Shown piece by piece: positions 8,839 to 19,023 of a DNA stretch of 64,000 bases (within the stretch, counting starts at the first letter, position 1; every line of letters starts with the position of its first letter). The notes beneath the pieces are model-generated. The model worked only from the letters and a program-made list of their open reading frames with translations. It had not been told where the DNA came from and made no database searches. This DNA is from an uncultured Gemmatimonadaceae bacterium. Lineage in GTDB: Bacteria; Gemmatimonadota; Gemmatimonadetes; Gemmatimonadales; Gemmatimonadaceae. Position numbers and translations under genes: made by a program. The DNA lies in the NCBI GenBank assembly GCA_963781585.1, contig CAWAGQ010000009.1, positions 32,001 through 96,000 on the forward strand. Direction: 5' to 3'.

Positions 8839-9231
8839 ATGATCTTCTGGTTCATCGCGATTGGCAGCGCGTTAGGCGGCGTGAGCCGCTACGCGCTCAG
8901 CGTCGCCATACAGAATCGGTCAGGCGCGGTGTTCCCCGCCGGCACGTTGATCGTAAATGTGACCGGGTCTGTCGTCGCCGCCTTCCTGCTCCGCTACGCG
9001 CTCGAATCGCCGGCGATCACTCCGCAAACGCGTGCCCTGCTGGTGACGGGGTTCTGCGGAGCGTATACGACCTTCTCCACCTTCAGCTACGAAACGGTGA
9101 AGCTGGTGCAGGACGGCGATTATCGCCGGGCGGCACTCAACGTCGTCCTGAACGTGGGGCTGGCGCTGGTGGCCGCGTTCATCGGATTCGCCGCCGCGCA
9201 CGAAGCGCTGCAGCTGCGTCGCCATTTCTGA
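8839..9231 (+). CDS. crcB: Fluoride efflux channel Fluc/CrcB
   Basis: GSALGGVSRY, GTLIVNVTGS and TGFCGAYTTFSTFSYE; four TM segments; GGAGG RBS. Confidence 0.95.
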   Translation: MIFWFIAIGSALGGVSRYALSVAIQNRSGAVFPAGTLIVNVTGSVVAAFLLRYALESPAITPQTRALLVTGFCGAYTTFSTFSYETVKLVQDGDYRRAALNVVLNVGLALVAAFIGFAAAHEALQLRRHF

Positions 9232-9261
9232 TCGAACTGCTCAACGCGGGAGTGTCCGACC

Positions 9262-9648
9262 ATGCACGGCTTCAAGGGAGAGCGCGTTCTCATGCGAATT
9301 CATCTCGGCGAACGCGATCGGCACCAGGGCAAGCCGCTGTATCAGGCGATCGTGGAGCTGCTCCGGCAGCGCCATTTTGCGGGGGCGACTGTCTTCCGCG
9401 GCATCATGGGATTCGGCGCCAGCGCCAAGCTCCACACCGATCGGCTCGACGTGCTCTCGCTCGACCTCCCGATCGTGGTGGAGTGCGTGGAAACGGACGA
9501 GCGAATCGCGGAGATCCTGCCCGAGCTCGACAACATGATCGGCGGGGGACTCATCACGCTCGAAGGCGCCCGCGTGATCATGTATCGTCCGGAGCTGCCT
9601 CCCGATCGCCGGACGCCCAGCCACGGGATCGACAAGCCGGACGGATAG
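9262..9648 (+). CDS. DUF190 (PII-like) protein
   Basis: GATVFRGIMGFG...LSLDLPIVVECVE; this family typically follows crcB. Confidence 0.9.
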   Translation: MHGFKGERVLMRIHLGERDRHQGKPLYQAIVELLRQRHFAGATVFRGIMGFGASAKLHTDRLDVLSLDLPIVVECVETDERIAEILPELDNMIGGGLITLEGARVIMYRPELPPDRRTPSHGIDKPDG

Positions 9649-9672
9649 CGCAGCGCCCGCTCAACCCCTGTC

Positions 9673-11730
9673 ATGCCCAACCATCTCGCCGGCGAAACCA
9701 GTCCGTATCTGCTGCAGCATGCCGGGAATCCGGTCGACTGGTATCCGTGGGGACCGGAGGCACTGGCCCGTGCCCGTCAGGAAGACAAGCCGATCCTGCT
9801 GAGCATCGGCTACGCGGCGTGCCATTGGTGCCACGTGATGGCCCACGAGTCGTTCGAGGACGCGGAGACGGCGCGCCGGATGAACGACCTGTTCGTGAAC
9901 ATCAAGGTGGATCGCGAGGAGCGTCCGGATCTCGACTCGATCTACATGCAGGCGGTCCAGGCGCTCACCGGACATGGCGGGTGGCCGATGACGGTCTTCC
10001 TCACGCCGGCCGGGGAGCCGTTCTACGGCGGGACCTACTTTCCGCCTGACGATCGACACGGACTGCCGTCCTTCCCACGCGTGCTGGGCGCGGTGGCGGA
10101 TGCCTGGAAGAGCAAGCGCGAGTCGGTGCAGGAGACGGCGCAACATCTGCGTGAGGCATTTCGCACGACGGCATCCGCCCCCACAGCGGCCGGCGACGTG
10201 GACGCGCGAGTGCTCGACGAGGCGTATCGCGGTCTGGCAGGCGATTTCGATCCGCGCTACGCGGGGTTCGGCGGAGCGCCGAAGTTCCCGCCCACCATGT
10301 CCCTCGACTTCCTGCTCCGATATTCGACGCGCACGAACACGCGCCGGGCGCTCGAGATGGCGCTCCAAACGTATCGCGCGATGGTGCGGGGCGGGATCTT
10401 CGATCAGATCGGGGGCGGGCTGCACAGGTACAGCGTGGACGAGCACTGGCTCGTGCCGCACTTCGAGAAGATGCTCTACGACAACGCGCTGTTCGTCCGT
10501 CTGGGCGTGCATCTGTGGCAGGCGACGAAAGATCCCGAACTCCGACGCGCCGTGGAAGCCACCCTCGAGTGGGCGTATCGCGAAATGCGATCGCCCGAAG
10601 GCGGATTCTTTTCTTCTCTCGACGCCGACAGCGAGAGGGAGGAGGGGCGCTTCTATGTGTGGGAGTGCGCCGAGCTCGACGCGGTGCTGGGAGCTGACGC
10701 GGAGGTGGCCCGGACGTACTGGGGGATGACGCGGGAGGGCAACTTCGAGGGCCGGAACATTCCCTTCGTTCCGGATGAGGTGTCGGCGGCCGCCGTGCGC
10801 TGCGGCATCGATCCGGACCGGCTTCCGGTCATTATCGAGCGATCCCGAACGGCGCTGCTCGACGCGCGTGGCACCCGCACCCGTCCCGGGCGCGACGACA
10901 AGATCATCGGCGCATGGAATGGCCTCATGGTGCGTGCGATCGCCGAGTCGGCGCGGGTAATGGAACGACCGGTGGACAGGACCGCCGCACTCACTGGAGG
11001 AGAGTTCCTCTGGAGCCATCTGGTGCGCGATGGGCGTGTGGCGCGCTCCTTCAACCGTGGCATCGTGAAGGGACCGGGTTTCCTCGACGACCAGGCCGCG
11101 GTTGGCCTGGCGTTCGCCGACCTGTACGCGCTGACCTTCGATCGCCAATGGTTCGCGCGCGCGACCCTCGTCGCCGACCAGCTCGTGGCGTGCTTCCTGG
11201 ACGAGGAATCCGGGCTGCTGTTCGACACGGCGAGCGATCACGAAGCCCTTCTCGTGCGCCCACGCGATGTCGCGGACAACGCGACGCCCTCGGGAACGTC
11301 GCTGGCGGCGGAATTCCTCTGGCGGATGGCGGAATTGAGCGGCAGAGCGCCCCTCGCTGCCATCGCGACCGACGCGGTGCGTCGCTCAGCCGCGCTCCTC
11401 GGCCGCTATCCGAACGCGTTCGGCCATCTCCTCGGCGTGGCCGACGGGCTGGTGTTCGGCGCGGTGCAGGTGGCGGTGGTGGGAGCGCCGGGAGACACCG
11501 ATGTCGCCGAGCTCGTCAGATGCGTTGGAAGCCGATACGTGCCCTCGCTGGTGCTGGCAGGTGGCGAGCCGGCGGACTCGCAGGAGCCCATTGCCCTGTT
11601 AAGGGGTCGAAGGCCGGCCGGCCCCGCGACGGCCTACGTTTGTCGAGGTTACGCGTGCGATGCCCCCACCACACTACCGGCAGAGCTGGCGGATCAGCTC
11701 GCTCGTGCCACGACGGGGGAGCCCGGGTAG
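9673..11730 (+). CDS. Thioredoxin-domain protein of the YyaL/SSP411 (DUF255) family
   Basis: [32 protein letters not shown] and [11 protein letters not shown]. Confidence 0.93.
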   Translation: MPNHLAGETSPYLLQHAGNPVDWYPWGPEALARARQEDKPILLSIGYAACHWCHVMAHESFEDAETARRMNDLFVNIKVDREERPDLDSIYMQAVQALTGHGGWPMTVFLTPAGEPFYGGTYFPPDDRHGLPSFPRVLGAVADAWKSKRESVQETAQHLREAFRTTASAPTAAGDVDARVLDEAYRGLAGDFDPRYAGFGGAPKFPPTMSLDFLLRYSTRTNTRRALEMALQTYRAMVRGGIFDQIGGGLHRYSVDEHWLVPHFEKMLYDNALFVRLGVHLWQATKDPELRRAVEATLEWAYREMRSPEGGFFSSLDADSEREEGRFYVWECAELDAVLGADAEVARTYWGMTREGNFEGRNIPFVPDEVSAAAVRCGIDPDRLPVIIERSRTALLDARGTRTRPGRDDKIIGAWNGLMVRAIAESARVMERPVDRTAALTGGEFLWSHLVRDGRVARSFNRGIVKGPGFLDDQAAVGLAFADLYALTFDRQWFARATLVADQLVACFLDEESGLLFDTASDHEALLVRPRDVADNATPSGTSLAAEFLWRMAELSGRAPLAAIATDAVRRSAALLGRYPNAFGHLLGVADGLVFGAVQVAVVGAPGDTDVAELVRCVGSRYVPSLVLAGGEPADSQEPIALLRGRRPAGPATAYVCRGYACDAPTTLPAELADQLARATTGEPG

Positions 11731-11880
11731 CGGCGGCGGAATCAGGTCGGCGGGACGCCCGGGCCGGTGGTGAAGGCCGGGCGGGTTCCGCGGGCCCAAA
11801 CACTCGCGCCCGCGGCTCCAGCGTGAGACCTCGGGGGACGGGGGCCCGAGCCCTGAACGTGTCATACGAGTGATGCAATC

Positions 11881-11896
11881 GGGCACGTCGCTTGCC
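11881..11896 (+). promoter_or_regulatory. Possible sigma-54 (-24/-12) promoter upstream of the Ig-like lipoprotein
   Basis: GGGCACGTCGCTTGC resembles TGGCACG-N4-TTGC (GG-N10-GC). Confidence 0.3.
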
Positions 11897-12142
11897 CCCT
11901 CGGTTCGCAGTTATCGTCCGTTCGGGTCGGTCGTCCCTACCCGGGGCACATGGTGACGTGGGCTCTGGCATGGAGGCGTGCCAGGGTGTTGTTATCTTGC
12001 CACAGAGTCTCTCGGCCTGCGCCTGCAGCGGATCGTCCTGGATGGCAGCTGCCCGCCGTGTGAGAGCAGGGGGTCACACGCCAGATGCGTCGTGGCGGTG
12101 TGGCCGAGCTATCGGATTCTCACGGAGTTGAGTCGACAGCGT

Positions 12143-13570
12143 ATGCAAAGAGCGCGGATCTCGTTGCGGGGACATTGGCCGGCACCAAGGGCAGCGTGGT
12201 ACCTCGGGCTCTCGTTTGCCCTTGGCCTGCTGGGCTCTGGGTGCACAACGCCTACCAGCACGGTCTCGGTGGCGCAGATCAACCTGACGCCGGGATCCGA
12301 TTCAATTGAAGCCGGGCAGGTCTATCCGGGTTTCAAGGTCTCGATGGTGGACAAGAACGGCCAGGTGTTGACCGGCCGGAAGCTGCAATGGACCACAACC
12401 GACCCCGCGACGGCTACGGTTGACGAGTCGGGGCACGTGACGGGAGTCGGCGTCGGCCAAACCGATGTCACGGCGAGCGTCGATGGCCGCAGGGCGACGT
12501 CCACCATCCGCGTGATCACCCCCGTTGCGCAGATCCTGCTTTCTCCCGACACCGCTGACGTGGCGCTGACCACGACGCGAACGCTTTCGGTGCAGCTCAT
12601 CGGGCCGCATGGCGAAGCGGTGGTGGGGCGTGTGATCTCCTGGGCCAGCTCGAATCCAGGGGTGGCCACCGCCGCCCCCAGCGGTCCCCTCGGGGCCGTG
12701 GTCACTGCTGTGTCGATAGGCTCCGCGACCATCACGGCGTCGGCCGGCACGAAGACCGCCACCGCCGCCATCACGATCATCGAAGAGCCGGTGCTGAGTG
12801 TCTTGATCTCTCCGGGTGTGCCGGTTCAGGTGGTGCGCCTGACTCAGAGCTTCCAACTGGCGGCCACGTGCTACGGCGCGACCGGCGTCCTCCCCGGACG
12901 CACTGTTGCCTGGACGTCCAGCAATCCATCGGCAGTGCCCGTTGGTCCCACCGGGCTTGTCGCCGGCAATGCGATCGGATCGGCGACGATCACGGCCAAC
13001 TGCGGTGGAAAGATTGCGCAGATTACCATCCAGGTGACGCCGGTGCCGGTCAGCCAGGTCACGGTGACACCGCCGTCCCTGACGTTATCGGTTGGTCAGC
13101 TGCAGCAGCTGGCTGCCACCGCGAAGGACAGCGCCGGCAACGTACTGTCCCTCCTCACACGGCAGGTCATCTGGACTACCGACAATCTGCTGATCGCGTC
13201 GGTCTCGGGCGCGGGGGTGGTCGCGGGCAGCCAGGCCGGCACCGCGAATATCCAAGTGATCGTTGACGGCGTGGCGAGCAACGTGGTGCCGGTGCTGGTC
13301 GAGAACGTGCCGGTGGCCTCGGTGCAGGTCACCAGTCCGACCCCCTCGCCGAAGGTCGGGACGCAGACTCAGCTCAACGTCATTCTCCGCGATGCCAACG
13401 GCAGCCAGCTCTCCCCCAATGGTCGGCAGATTACGTGGTCGAGCTCGAATAACGCCGTGGCCACGGTGTCGATTAACGGACTCGTCACGGCGCTCGCGGT
13501 GGGGCCGGTCACCATCAGTGCGATGTGCGAAGGACAGACCGGCTTCGTGAACCTGACAGTCATTCCCTGA
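12143..13570 (+). CDS. Lipoprotein with about 5 tandem bacterial Ig-like (Big_2) domains
   Basis: Lipobox LLGSGC; repeated W(T/A/S)SSN..VA.V...G.V.....G...ITA units; T/S/V-rich. Confidence 0.85.
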   Translation: MQRARISLRGHWPAPRAAWYLGLSFALGLLGSGCTTPTSTVSVAQINLTPGSDSIEAGQVYPGFKVSMVDKNGQVLTGRKLQWTTTDPATATVDESGHVTGVGVGQTDVTASVDGRRATSTIRVITPVAQILLSPDTADVALTTTRTLSVQLIGPHGEAVVGRVISWASSNPGVATAAPSGPLGAVVTAVSIGSATITASAGTKTATAAITIIEEPVLSVLISPGVPVQVVRLTQSFQLAATCYGATGVLPGRTVAWTSSNPSAVPVGPTGLVAGNAIGSATITANCGGKIAQITIQVTPVPVSQVTVTPPSLTLSVGQLQQLAATAKDSAGNVLSLLTRQVIWTTDNLLIASVSGAGVVAGSQAGTANIQVIVDGVASNVVPVLVENVPVASVQVTSPTPSPKVGTQTQLNVILRDANGSQLSPNGRQITWSSSNNAVATVSINGLVTALAVGPVTISAMCEGQTGFVNLTVIP

Positions 13571-13575
13571 CGGAT

Positions 13576-13797
13576 TCACAGATCGGCACAGGTCTGCAGG
13601 ATCGTCCTGCAGTTACGACAGACGATCTTGCACCGGATCTCCATCAGGTCACGTGAACCGCAGATATCACACCGTGCTGGAACCGTCGACGCGGACGGAT
13701 TCACGGGGCCCGCCGCAGGGTTCGCCGCATGGCCGCCGGCCGACGATGTGTCGCCGGAGCCGGTCCCATGACCGTTTGGCAGTGGTGTCCTGAGCAT
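13576..13797 (-). CDS. Small Cys-rich zinc-finger protein; start uncertain
   Basis: C-terminal CDICGSRDLMEIRCKIVCRNCRTILQTCADL (6 Cys) directly downstream of nadC. Confidence 0.6.
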   Translation of the reverse strand: MLRTPLPNGHGTGSGDTSSAGGHAANPAAGPVNPSASTVPARCDICGSRDLMEIRCKIVCRNCRTILQTCADL

Positions 13798-13835
13798 CTC
13801 GGGGCCGGCGTGGCCGCGCCCAGTGCGCCTCGGCG

Positions 13836-14762
13836 CTACTCGAAGTCCACGGCGAGGTTCATCGCCGGCGCCGAATGGGTGAGCGCACCAATGGAGATGA
13901 CGTCGACCCCGGTCTCGGCGATCGCGCGGACGTTGTCGAGATTGACTCCTCCTGAGGCTTCGAGCTGTACGCGCCCAAGCGCAATGCGCACGCACTCGCG
14001 CATGAGAGTCACGGGCATGTTGTCGAGGAGGACGATGTCGGCGCCGGCGGACGCGGCCGCTTCGACCTGATCCGCGGTGAGACATTCCACTTCGATCCGG
14101 GCACCCGCCGGCGCCAGGTCACGCGCCCGGCGCACAGCGAGCGCCACGTTGCCGTCGACCGCGGCGAGGTGGTTATCCTTGATGAGAATCGACGTAGCCA
14201 GGTCCATCCGATGGTTGGTACCGCCGCCGGCGCGGACCGCGTACTTCTCGAGACTGCGCCAGCCCGGGGTGGTCTTCCGCGTATCGTAGATCTTCGCGTG
14301 GGTGCCCCGGACGGCATCGACGAACTTCGCGGTGAGCGTCGCGACTCCCGAGAGACGCTGCATGAAATTGAGCGCGACGCGCTCAGCCGACAGAATCCCG
14401 CGGGCGTGTCCGGTGAGGAACAGGATGGTGTCGCCCTTCACGGCGCGCCGGCCGTCTTCCAGGTCCACGCGCATGGAGATCTTGGGATCGAGCAGGCGAA
14501 AGGTCTCGAGCGCGAAGGGGATTCCGGCGATGGTGCCGCTCTGTCGGGCCACCAGCGCGGCACGCGCGTGGCGCTCCGAGAGCACGGTGGCAATGGTTGT
14601 TACGTCGTTGAAGGCCCCGTCTTCCTCGAGCGCGTCGCGCACCCGCGTCATCAGCTGCTCGCGCGTGAGCGGAAACCGGAGGCGATCGGAGGCGTTGACC
14701 GCCGGCACCTGGAGCGGTGTGACGCGTCGCGGGGGCATGGCGCCGGGCTCTGGCGTGGTCAT
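13836..14762 (-). CDS. nadC: Nicotinate-nucleotide diphosphorylase (quinolinate phosphoribosyltransferase)
   Basis: DTRKTTPG, LIKDNH, LLDNM, EASGG and GALTHS. Confidence 0.97.
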   Translation of the reverse strand: MTTPEPGAMPPRRVTPLQVPAVNASDRLRFPLTREQLMTRVRDALEEDGAFNDVTTIATVLSERHARAALVARQSGTIAGIPFALETFRLLDPKISMRVDLEDGRRAVKGDTILFLTGHARGILSAERVALNFMQRLSGVATLTAKFVDAVRGTHAKIYDTRKTTPGWRSLEKYAVRAGGGTNHRMDLATSILIKDNHLAAVDGNVALAVRRARDLAPAGARIEVECLTADQVEAAASAGADIVLLDNMPVTLMRECVRIALGRVQLEASGGVNLDNVRAIAETGVDVISIGALTHSAPAMNLAVDFE

Positions 14763-14788
14763 GCGATTCTCCTTACCGGTGCGGAGCG

Positions 14789-15811
14789 CTACTCGCCTGG
14801 ATCCAGGGCGGGAGCGGCAGTGGAGGACGGTTGCCTGGATCCCCCCACGGCGACCATCCGTTCCAGGGCGCGTCTTGCGCGATCAGCGATCTCGGGAGCC
14901 ACTACAATACGATGCTCCATACGTTCCAGCGAGCGGAGCAGCTTGGGGAGCGTCGTCATCTTCATGTACTGACATTCTGCTCGTTCACTGGCCGGCAGAA
15001 ACGTCTTGTCGGGATTTGCACGCCGCAGCCGGTAGAGGATCCCGGTCTCGGTCGCGACGATGAATTCACGCGCCGGCGAGCGCGCGGGTCGCTGGATCAT
15101 TCCTTCCGTGGACAGAATCTGCACGCTGTCCGACGGGATGGCGCCCGCGGAAACAGCCTCCAATACGTTGGTGGAGCACCCGCATTCCGGATGCACCAGC
15201 ACTTCCGCACCCGGGTGCTCGGCGCGCTGCCGGGCAAGAGTCTGGGGCGTGATACCGGCGTGGACATGACACTCGCCCATCCAGATGTGCATGTTCTGGC
15301 GGCCGGTAACGCGGCGTACGTGAGCGCCGAGGAACAGGTCGGGAAGAAACAGCACGTCGGTTGCGAGGGGAATCGACCGGACGATCTCGACGGCATTGCC
15401 CGAGGTGCAGCAGTAGTCGCTCTCCGCTTTCACTTCGGCGGTGGTGTTCACGTAGGAGACAACGACGGCCCCGGGATGTTCGGCCTTCCAGGCCCGCAGC
15501 TGTTCGGCGTCGATGGTCTCTGCAAGCGAGCAGCCGGCTGCCAGGTCCGGGAGAAGAACGGTCCTGGAGGGCGAGAGGATGGCCGCCGTTTCCGCCATGA
15601 AATGGACGCCGCAGAAGACGATCACGTCGGCGCTGGTCCGGGCTGCCTCGCGGCTGAGTCCGAGTGAGTCACCGACGAAGTCCGCGCAGTCCTGGACTTC
15701 GGGGCGTTCATAGTTGTGGGCGAGTATGACGGCATTCCGGTCGCGGGCCATGGCGCGGATTTCGTTTCGCAGTCCAGTGGGCACGGCCGGTTCAGTGGTG
15801 AGTGTGCTCAT
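14789..15811 (-). CDS. nadA: Quinolinate synthase
   Basis: ILAHNYE, FCGVHFMAE, AGCSLA, YVNT, GECHVH, HPEC and CQYMK. Start MSTLTTEP. Confidence 0.97.
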   Translation of the reverse strand: MSTLTTEPAVPTGLRNEIRAMARDRNAVILAHNYERPEVQDCADFVGDSLGLSREAARTSADVIVFCGVHFMAETAAILSPSRTVLLPDLAAGCSLAETIDAEQLRAWKAEHPGAVVVSYVNTTAEVKAESDYCCTSGNAVEIVRSIPLATDVLFLPDLFLGAHVRRVTGRQNMHIWMGECHVHAGITPQTLARQRAEHPGAEVLVHPECGCSTNVLEAVSAGAIPSDSVQILSTEGMIQRPARSPAREFIVATETGILYRLRRANPDKTFLPASERAECQYMKMTTLPKLLRSLERMEHRIVVAPEIADRARRALERMVAVGGSRQPSSTAAPALDPGE

Positions 15812-15983
15812 GGGCGAAATGTAGAGGCCTGATGGCGCGCGGGGGCATGACGCGGCGGTGACGATGGGGAGCGACCCTGTTCGTGGGGCGGGACTGGCGG
15901 CTGCCATACCGCCGTGACGGCGGCGCGCAATCCTGTTCGCGGTGGCCTCCCCAGCGGCGCGCCGGGCGACCGTCAGGACCGGG

Positions 15984-17495
15984 TCACCACTCGAAGTGCC
16001 TGTGCCCCCATCCGCGGCGTTTCCTGGGAAAGTCGCTGCGGTAGTGTCCTCCCCGGGATTCCTTTCGCGCCAGCGCTGCTTTCGCCACCAGGGACGCCGT
16101 CTCGCACATGTTGCGCTCCTCGGTGGCACCGGCAGGGAGTCGCTCGCGAATCTCGGCCAGCGTCCGGAGACACGCGCGAAGCCCGCGCGCGTTGCGGTCG
16201 ATCGCCGCGTGTTCCCACATGACGGCACGGACGGCGTCGGACGCCACCTGGGCGGCACCCCGGTCAGGGAGCGGCGGCACGCTCCAGCGTCCTGCGCGAC
16301 GGGGGGCGGCAGCGCGGGGCACGGACTCGAGATCGCGGGCCACGCGTTCCGCGAAGACGAGCCCTTCCAGGAGCGAGTTGGAGGCCAGGCGGTTGGCCCC
16401 GTGCACGCCGGTGCACGACACTTCACCGCAGGCATAGAGATGCGGCGTCCCGGACCGGCCCCGCAGGTCGGTGACGATGCCGCCCATCATGTAGTGCGCA
16501 GCCGGCGTGACCGGAATCAGGTCGTGCCGCGGGTCGATACCCCGGGCGAGACAAATGGCGAAGATGCCCGGGAAGCGCTCCGGGAAGTGATCGCCTAACG
16601 AACGGGCGTCGAGCCAGACCCGCCCGGTGCGTTGGCGCTCCCTGAAGATCTCGCGCGCCACGACGTCGCGTGGCGCGAGCTCGGCCGCCCGATGCCGTCG
16701 CGGCATGAACCGTTTCAGATCCCCGTTCAGGAGCACCGCTCCCTCTCCCCTCACCGCTTCGGAGATGAGCGACAGCGGGTTTTCCCGCGCATCGAGGGCG
16801 GTGGGATGGAACTGAACGAACTCCATGTCGGCCAGGCGCACGCCGGCGCGGTGGGCGACGGCGTAGCCGTCACCGGTGGCCACGATGGGATTGGTCGTAT
16901 AGCGATAGATCTGACCGCAGCCGCCGGTGGCGAGCACGGTGGCGTCGGCTCTGATCTCCACCGGCTGCCCTCGCACGCTCGCCCGAACGCCGGCGCATCG
17001 ACCGGACTCGACGATCAGCTCCAGCACCCGGGCCTTCTCCAGCGCGCGTGTTCGGGCGCTTTCGCGCACCCGCTCCACGAGGGTGCGCGCAACTTCGGCG
17101 CCGGTGCGGTCGCCGTGCGAATGGACGATGCGCCGCCGCGAATGCGCGGCTTCCCGCCCGAGCGCGAGGGTCCCGGCCGGCGTGAGGTCGAACTCGACAC
17201 CCGCAAGCTGGAGCTCGCGAACGCGAGCCGGACCTTCCTCCACCAGCACCTTCACGGCGCGCTCGTCACAGAGCGCGGCCCCGGCGGCCAGCGTGTCCCG
17301 GCGGTGCAGCGCCGGAGAGTCACCTGCGCCGAGGGCGGCGGCGATGCCACCCTGGGCGTAGGCGGTCGCGCTGTCAAAGAGAGATCGCTTGGTCAGCACG
17401 ACCACGTCGCCGTGCTGCGCCGCCCGCCACGCCGTGTGAAGCCCCGCGACGCCACTCCCGACCACCAGGAATCGCGTTCGCATCAGAGATGGCAT
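15984..17495 (-). CDS. nadB: L-aspartate oxidase
   Basis: VVGSGVAGL, AQGGIA, QFHPT, LISEAVRGEG and GVHGANRLASNSLLE. Confidence 0.95.
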   Translation of the reverse strand: MPSLMRTRFLVVGSGVAGLHTAWRAAQHGDVVVLTKRSLFDSATAYAQGGIAAALGAGDSPALHRRDTLAAGAALCDERAVKVLVEEGPARVRELQLAGVEFDLTPAGTLALGREAAHSRRRIVHSHGDRTGAEVARTLVERVRESARTRALEKARVLELIVESGRCAGVRASVRGQPVEIRADATVLATGGCGQIYRYTTNPIVATGDGYAVAHRAGVRLADMEFVQFHPTALDARENPLSLISEAVRGEGAVLLNGDLKRFMPRRHRAAELAPRDVVAREIFRERQRTGRVWLDARSLGDHFPERFPGIFAICLARGIDPRHDLIPVTPAAHYMMGGIVTDLRGRSGTPHLYACGEVSCTGVHGANRLASNSLLEGLVFAERVARDLESVPRAAAPRRAGRWSVPPLPDRGAAQVASDAVRAVMWEHAAIDRNARGLRACLRTLAEIRERLPAGATEERNMCETASLVAKAALARKESRGGHYRSDFPRKRRGWGHRHFEW

Positions 17496-17875
17496 GCGGC
17501 GAATTCAATGCGCGCGGAGGGGCGCCGTAAAGCCGGCAGCCGGCGTGCCACGGCCAGCCGCACCTGCGTCGACGCCATACCTCCCGGAGCGCGTCGAAGC
17601 AGACCACCCCGTCGTACCGCCCCCTTTGAGCTGAAGGCTGGCAGGTGAAGGCGGAACACCGAACGCTGCAGGTTCGAGCCTCGGTCCGGTCCACCGAGTC
17701 TGTTGCACGGGGCCGAAACGGACCGGAAATTCCCTGGACCGGGGCCGTCCCCGCGGACGCGGAATCCGTGGTTGGCCGAATGCTCGAACGCGTTGTCGGT
17801 CGCCGGACCTCGGGTTCCCGATCACTCCGCGATGACCGCCACTTGCTGCCACGCCAGATCTCACTCCCGATCACG

Positions 17876-18979
17876 ATGATTCGCACACGGCAACGTCGAT
17901 CTCGGCAAGCGCGGGCTCGCGGTCTGGCGATTGCGGCCGGGTTGGCGCTCCTCGGGACCGCCACGGCGGGGGCGCAGTGGCAGCCGCTCGTCACAGGAAC
18001 CACCGCGTCGCTTCGCGGTCTGAGCGTCGTGAGCGATGACGTCGTATGGGCCAGCGGTACCCGCGGTACCGTGCTGCATACGCTCGACGGCGGCAGCACA
18101 TGGTTGGTGGACTCCATTCCCGGCGCAGCGCGGTTCGACGTGCGGGCGATCCATGCACAGAACGCACTGGTGGCGCATGCCGCGGCTACGTCGGGACGCA
18201 TCTGGCGCACCACGGACGGCGGCCGCACCTGGGCGCTCACGTACGAGGCGGCGGACACGTCGGTCTTTCTGGACGCGATAGCGTTTTTTGACGACCAGCA
18301 CGGGCTCGCGCTCGGTGACCCGATCGCTGGTCGATTTCTGCTGCTGGTGACCGATGACGGCGGGACGACCTGGCGCGAACCCGCGGAGGCATCGCGGCCG
18401 ACCGCGAGGCCGGGCGAGGCGGCGTTCGCCGCCAGCGGGACGTCTGTGGCAACCTGGGGTGGGCGCCTGGCCCTGATCGGCAGCGGGGGGAGTGTGGCGC
18501 GAGTTTTCCGAACCACGGACGCCGGACAGCACTGGACGGACGTATCGACTTCCCTGGCAAGCGGGTCGCCATCGCAGGGGATCTTCTCGGTCGCGCTCGC
18601 CGATTCCCTGTGGGGCGTGGCCGTGGGTGGCGACTATCAGCACCCCGACTCGGTGCAGGGCAACGCGGCCGTTACGCAGGACGGTGGTCGGAGCTGGCGG
18701 CCCGCGGACAGCCCTCCACACGGTTATCGTTCCGGCGTGGCCGCAATTCGGCGTGGCGGCGCCGTGGTCGCGGTCGCGGTTGGCACCACCGGGGCGGACC
18801 TCTCGCTCGACGGCGGACGGACGTGGCGGTCCCTGGGGTCCACCGCGTTCAATGCGGTCCGGTTCACCCCGGGGGGCGCGGCGATTGCGGTAGGGCCGCG
18901 TGGGACGGCGGCGCGATGGCCCCCGTTCCGCGGCGTCCTCCCGGGCGCGGGCGCATCGATCGCCATCGTCGTCCGGTAG
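17876..18979 (+). CDS. Secreted YCF48/BNR-repeat beta-propeller protein
   Basis: Signal peptide ending AGA; repeated T.DGG.TW Asp-box motifs; EAAFAASG. Confidence 0.85.
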   Translation: MIRTRQRRSRQARARGLAIAAGLALLGTATAGAQWQPLVTGTTASLRGLSVVSDDVVWASGTRGTVLHTLDGGSTWLVDSIPGAARFDVRAIHAQNALVAHAAATSGRIWRTTDGGRTWALTYEAADTSVFLDAIAFFDDQHGLALGDPIAGRFLLLVTDDGGTTWREPAEASRPTARPGEAAFAASGTSVATWGGRLALIGSGGSVARVFRTTDAGQHWTDVSTSLASGSPSQGIFSVALADSLWGVAVGGDYQHPDSVQGNAAVTQDGGRSWRPADSPPHGYRSGVAAIRRGGAVVAVAVGTTGADLSLDGGRTWRSLGSTAFNAVRFTPGGAAIAVGPRGTAARWPPFRGVLPGAGASIAIVVR

Positions 18980-19023
18980 TCGACGCGCCGGCCCGGCAAA
19001 CCTTCACACCTAACGAGCACATC

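Noticed and set aside
15812..15983. Possible NAD riboswitch in the nadB-nadA gap
   Set aside because: I could not match the nadA-motif aptamer features by eye; an Rfam scan would be needed.
17668..17696. GGTTCGAG...CCACC resembling a tRNA T-loop and 3' end
   Set aside because: The T-stem pairs poorly and no D-arm, anticodon arm or acceptor stem can be built.
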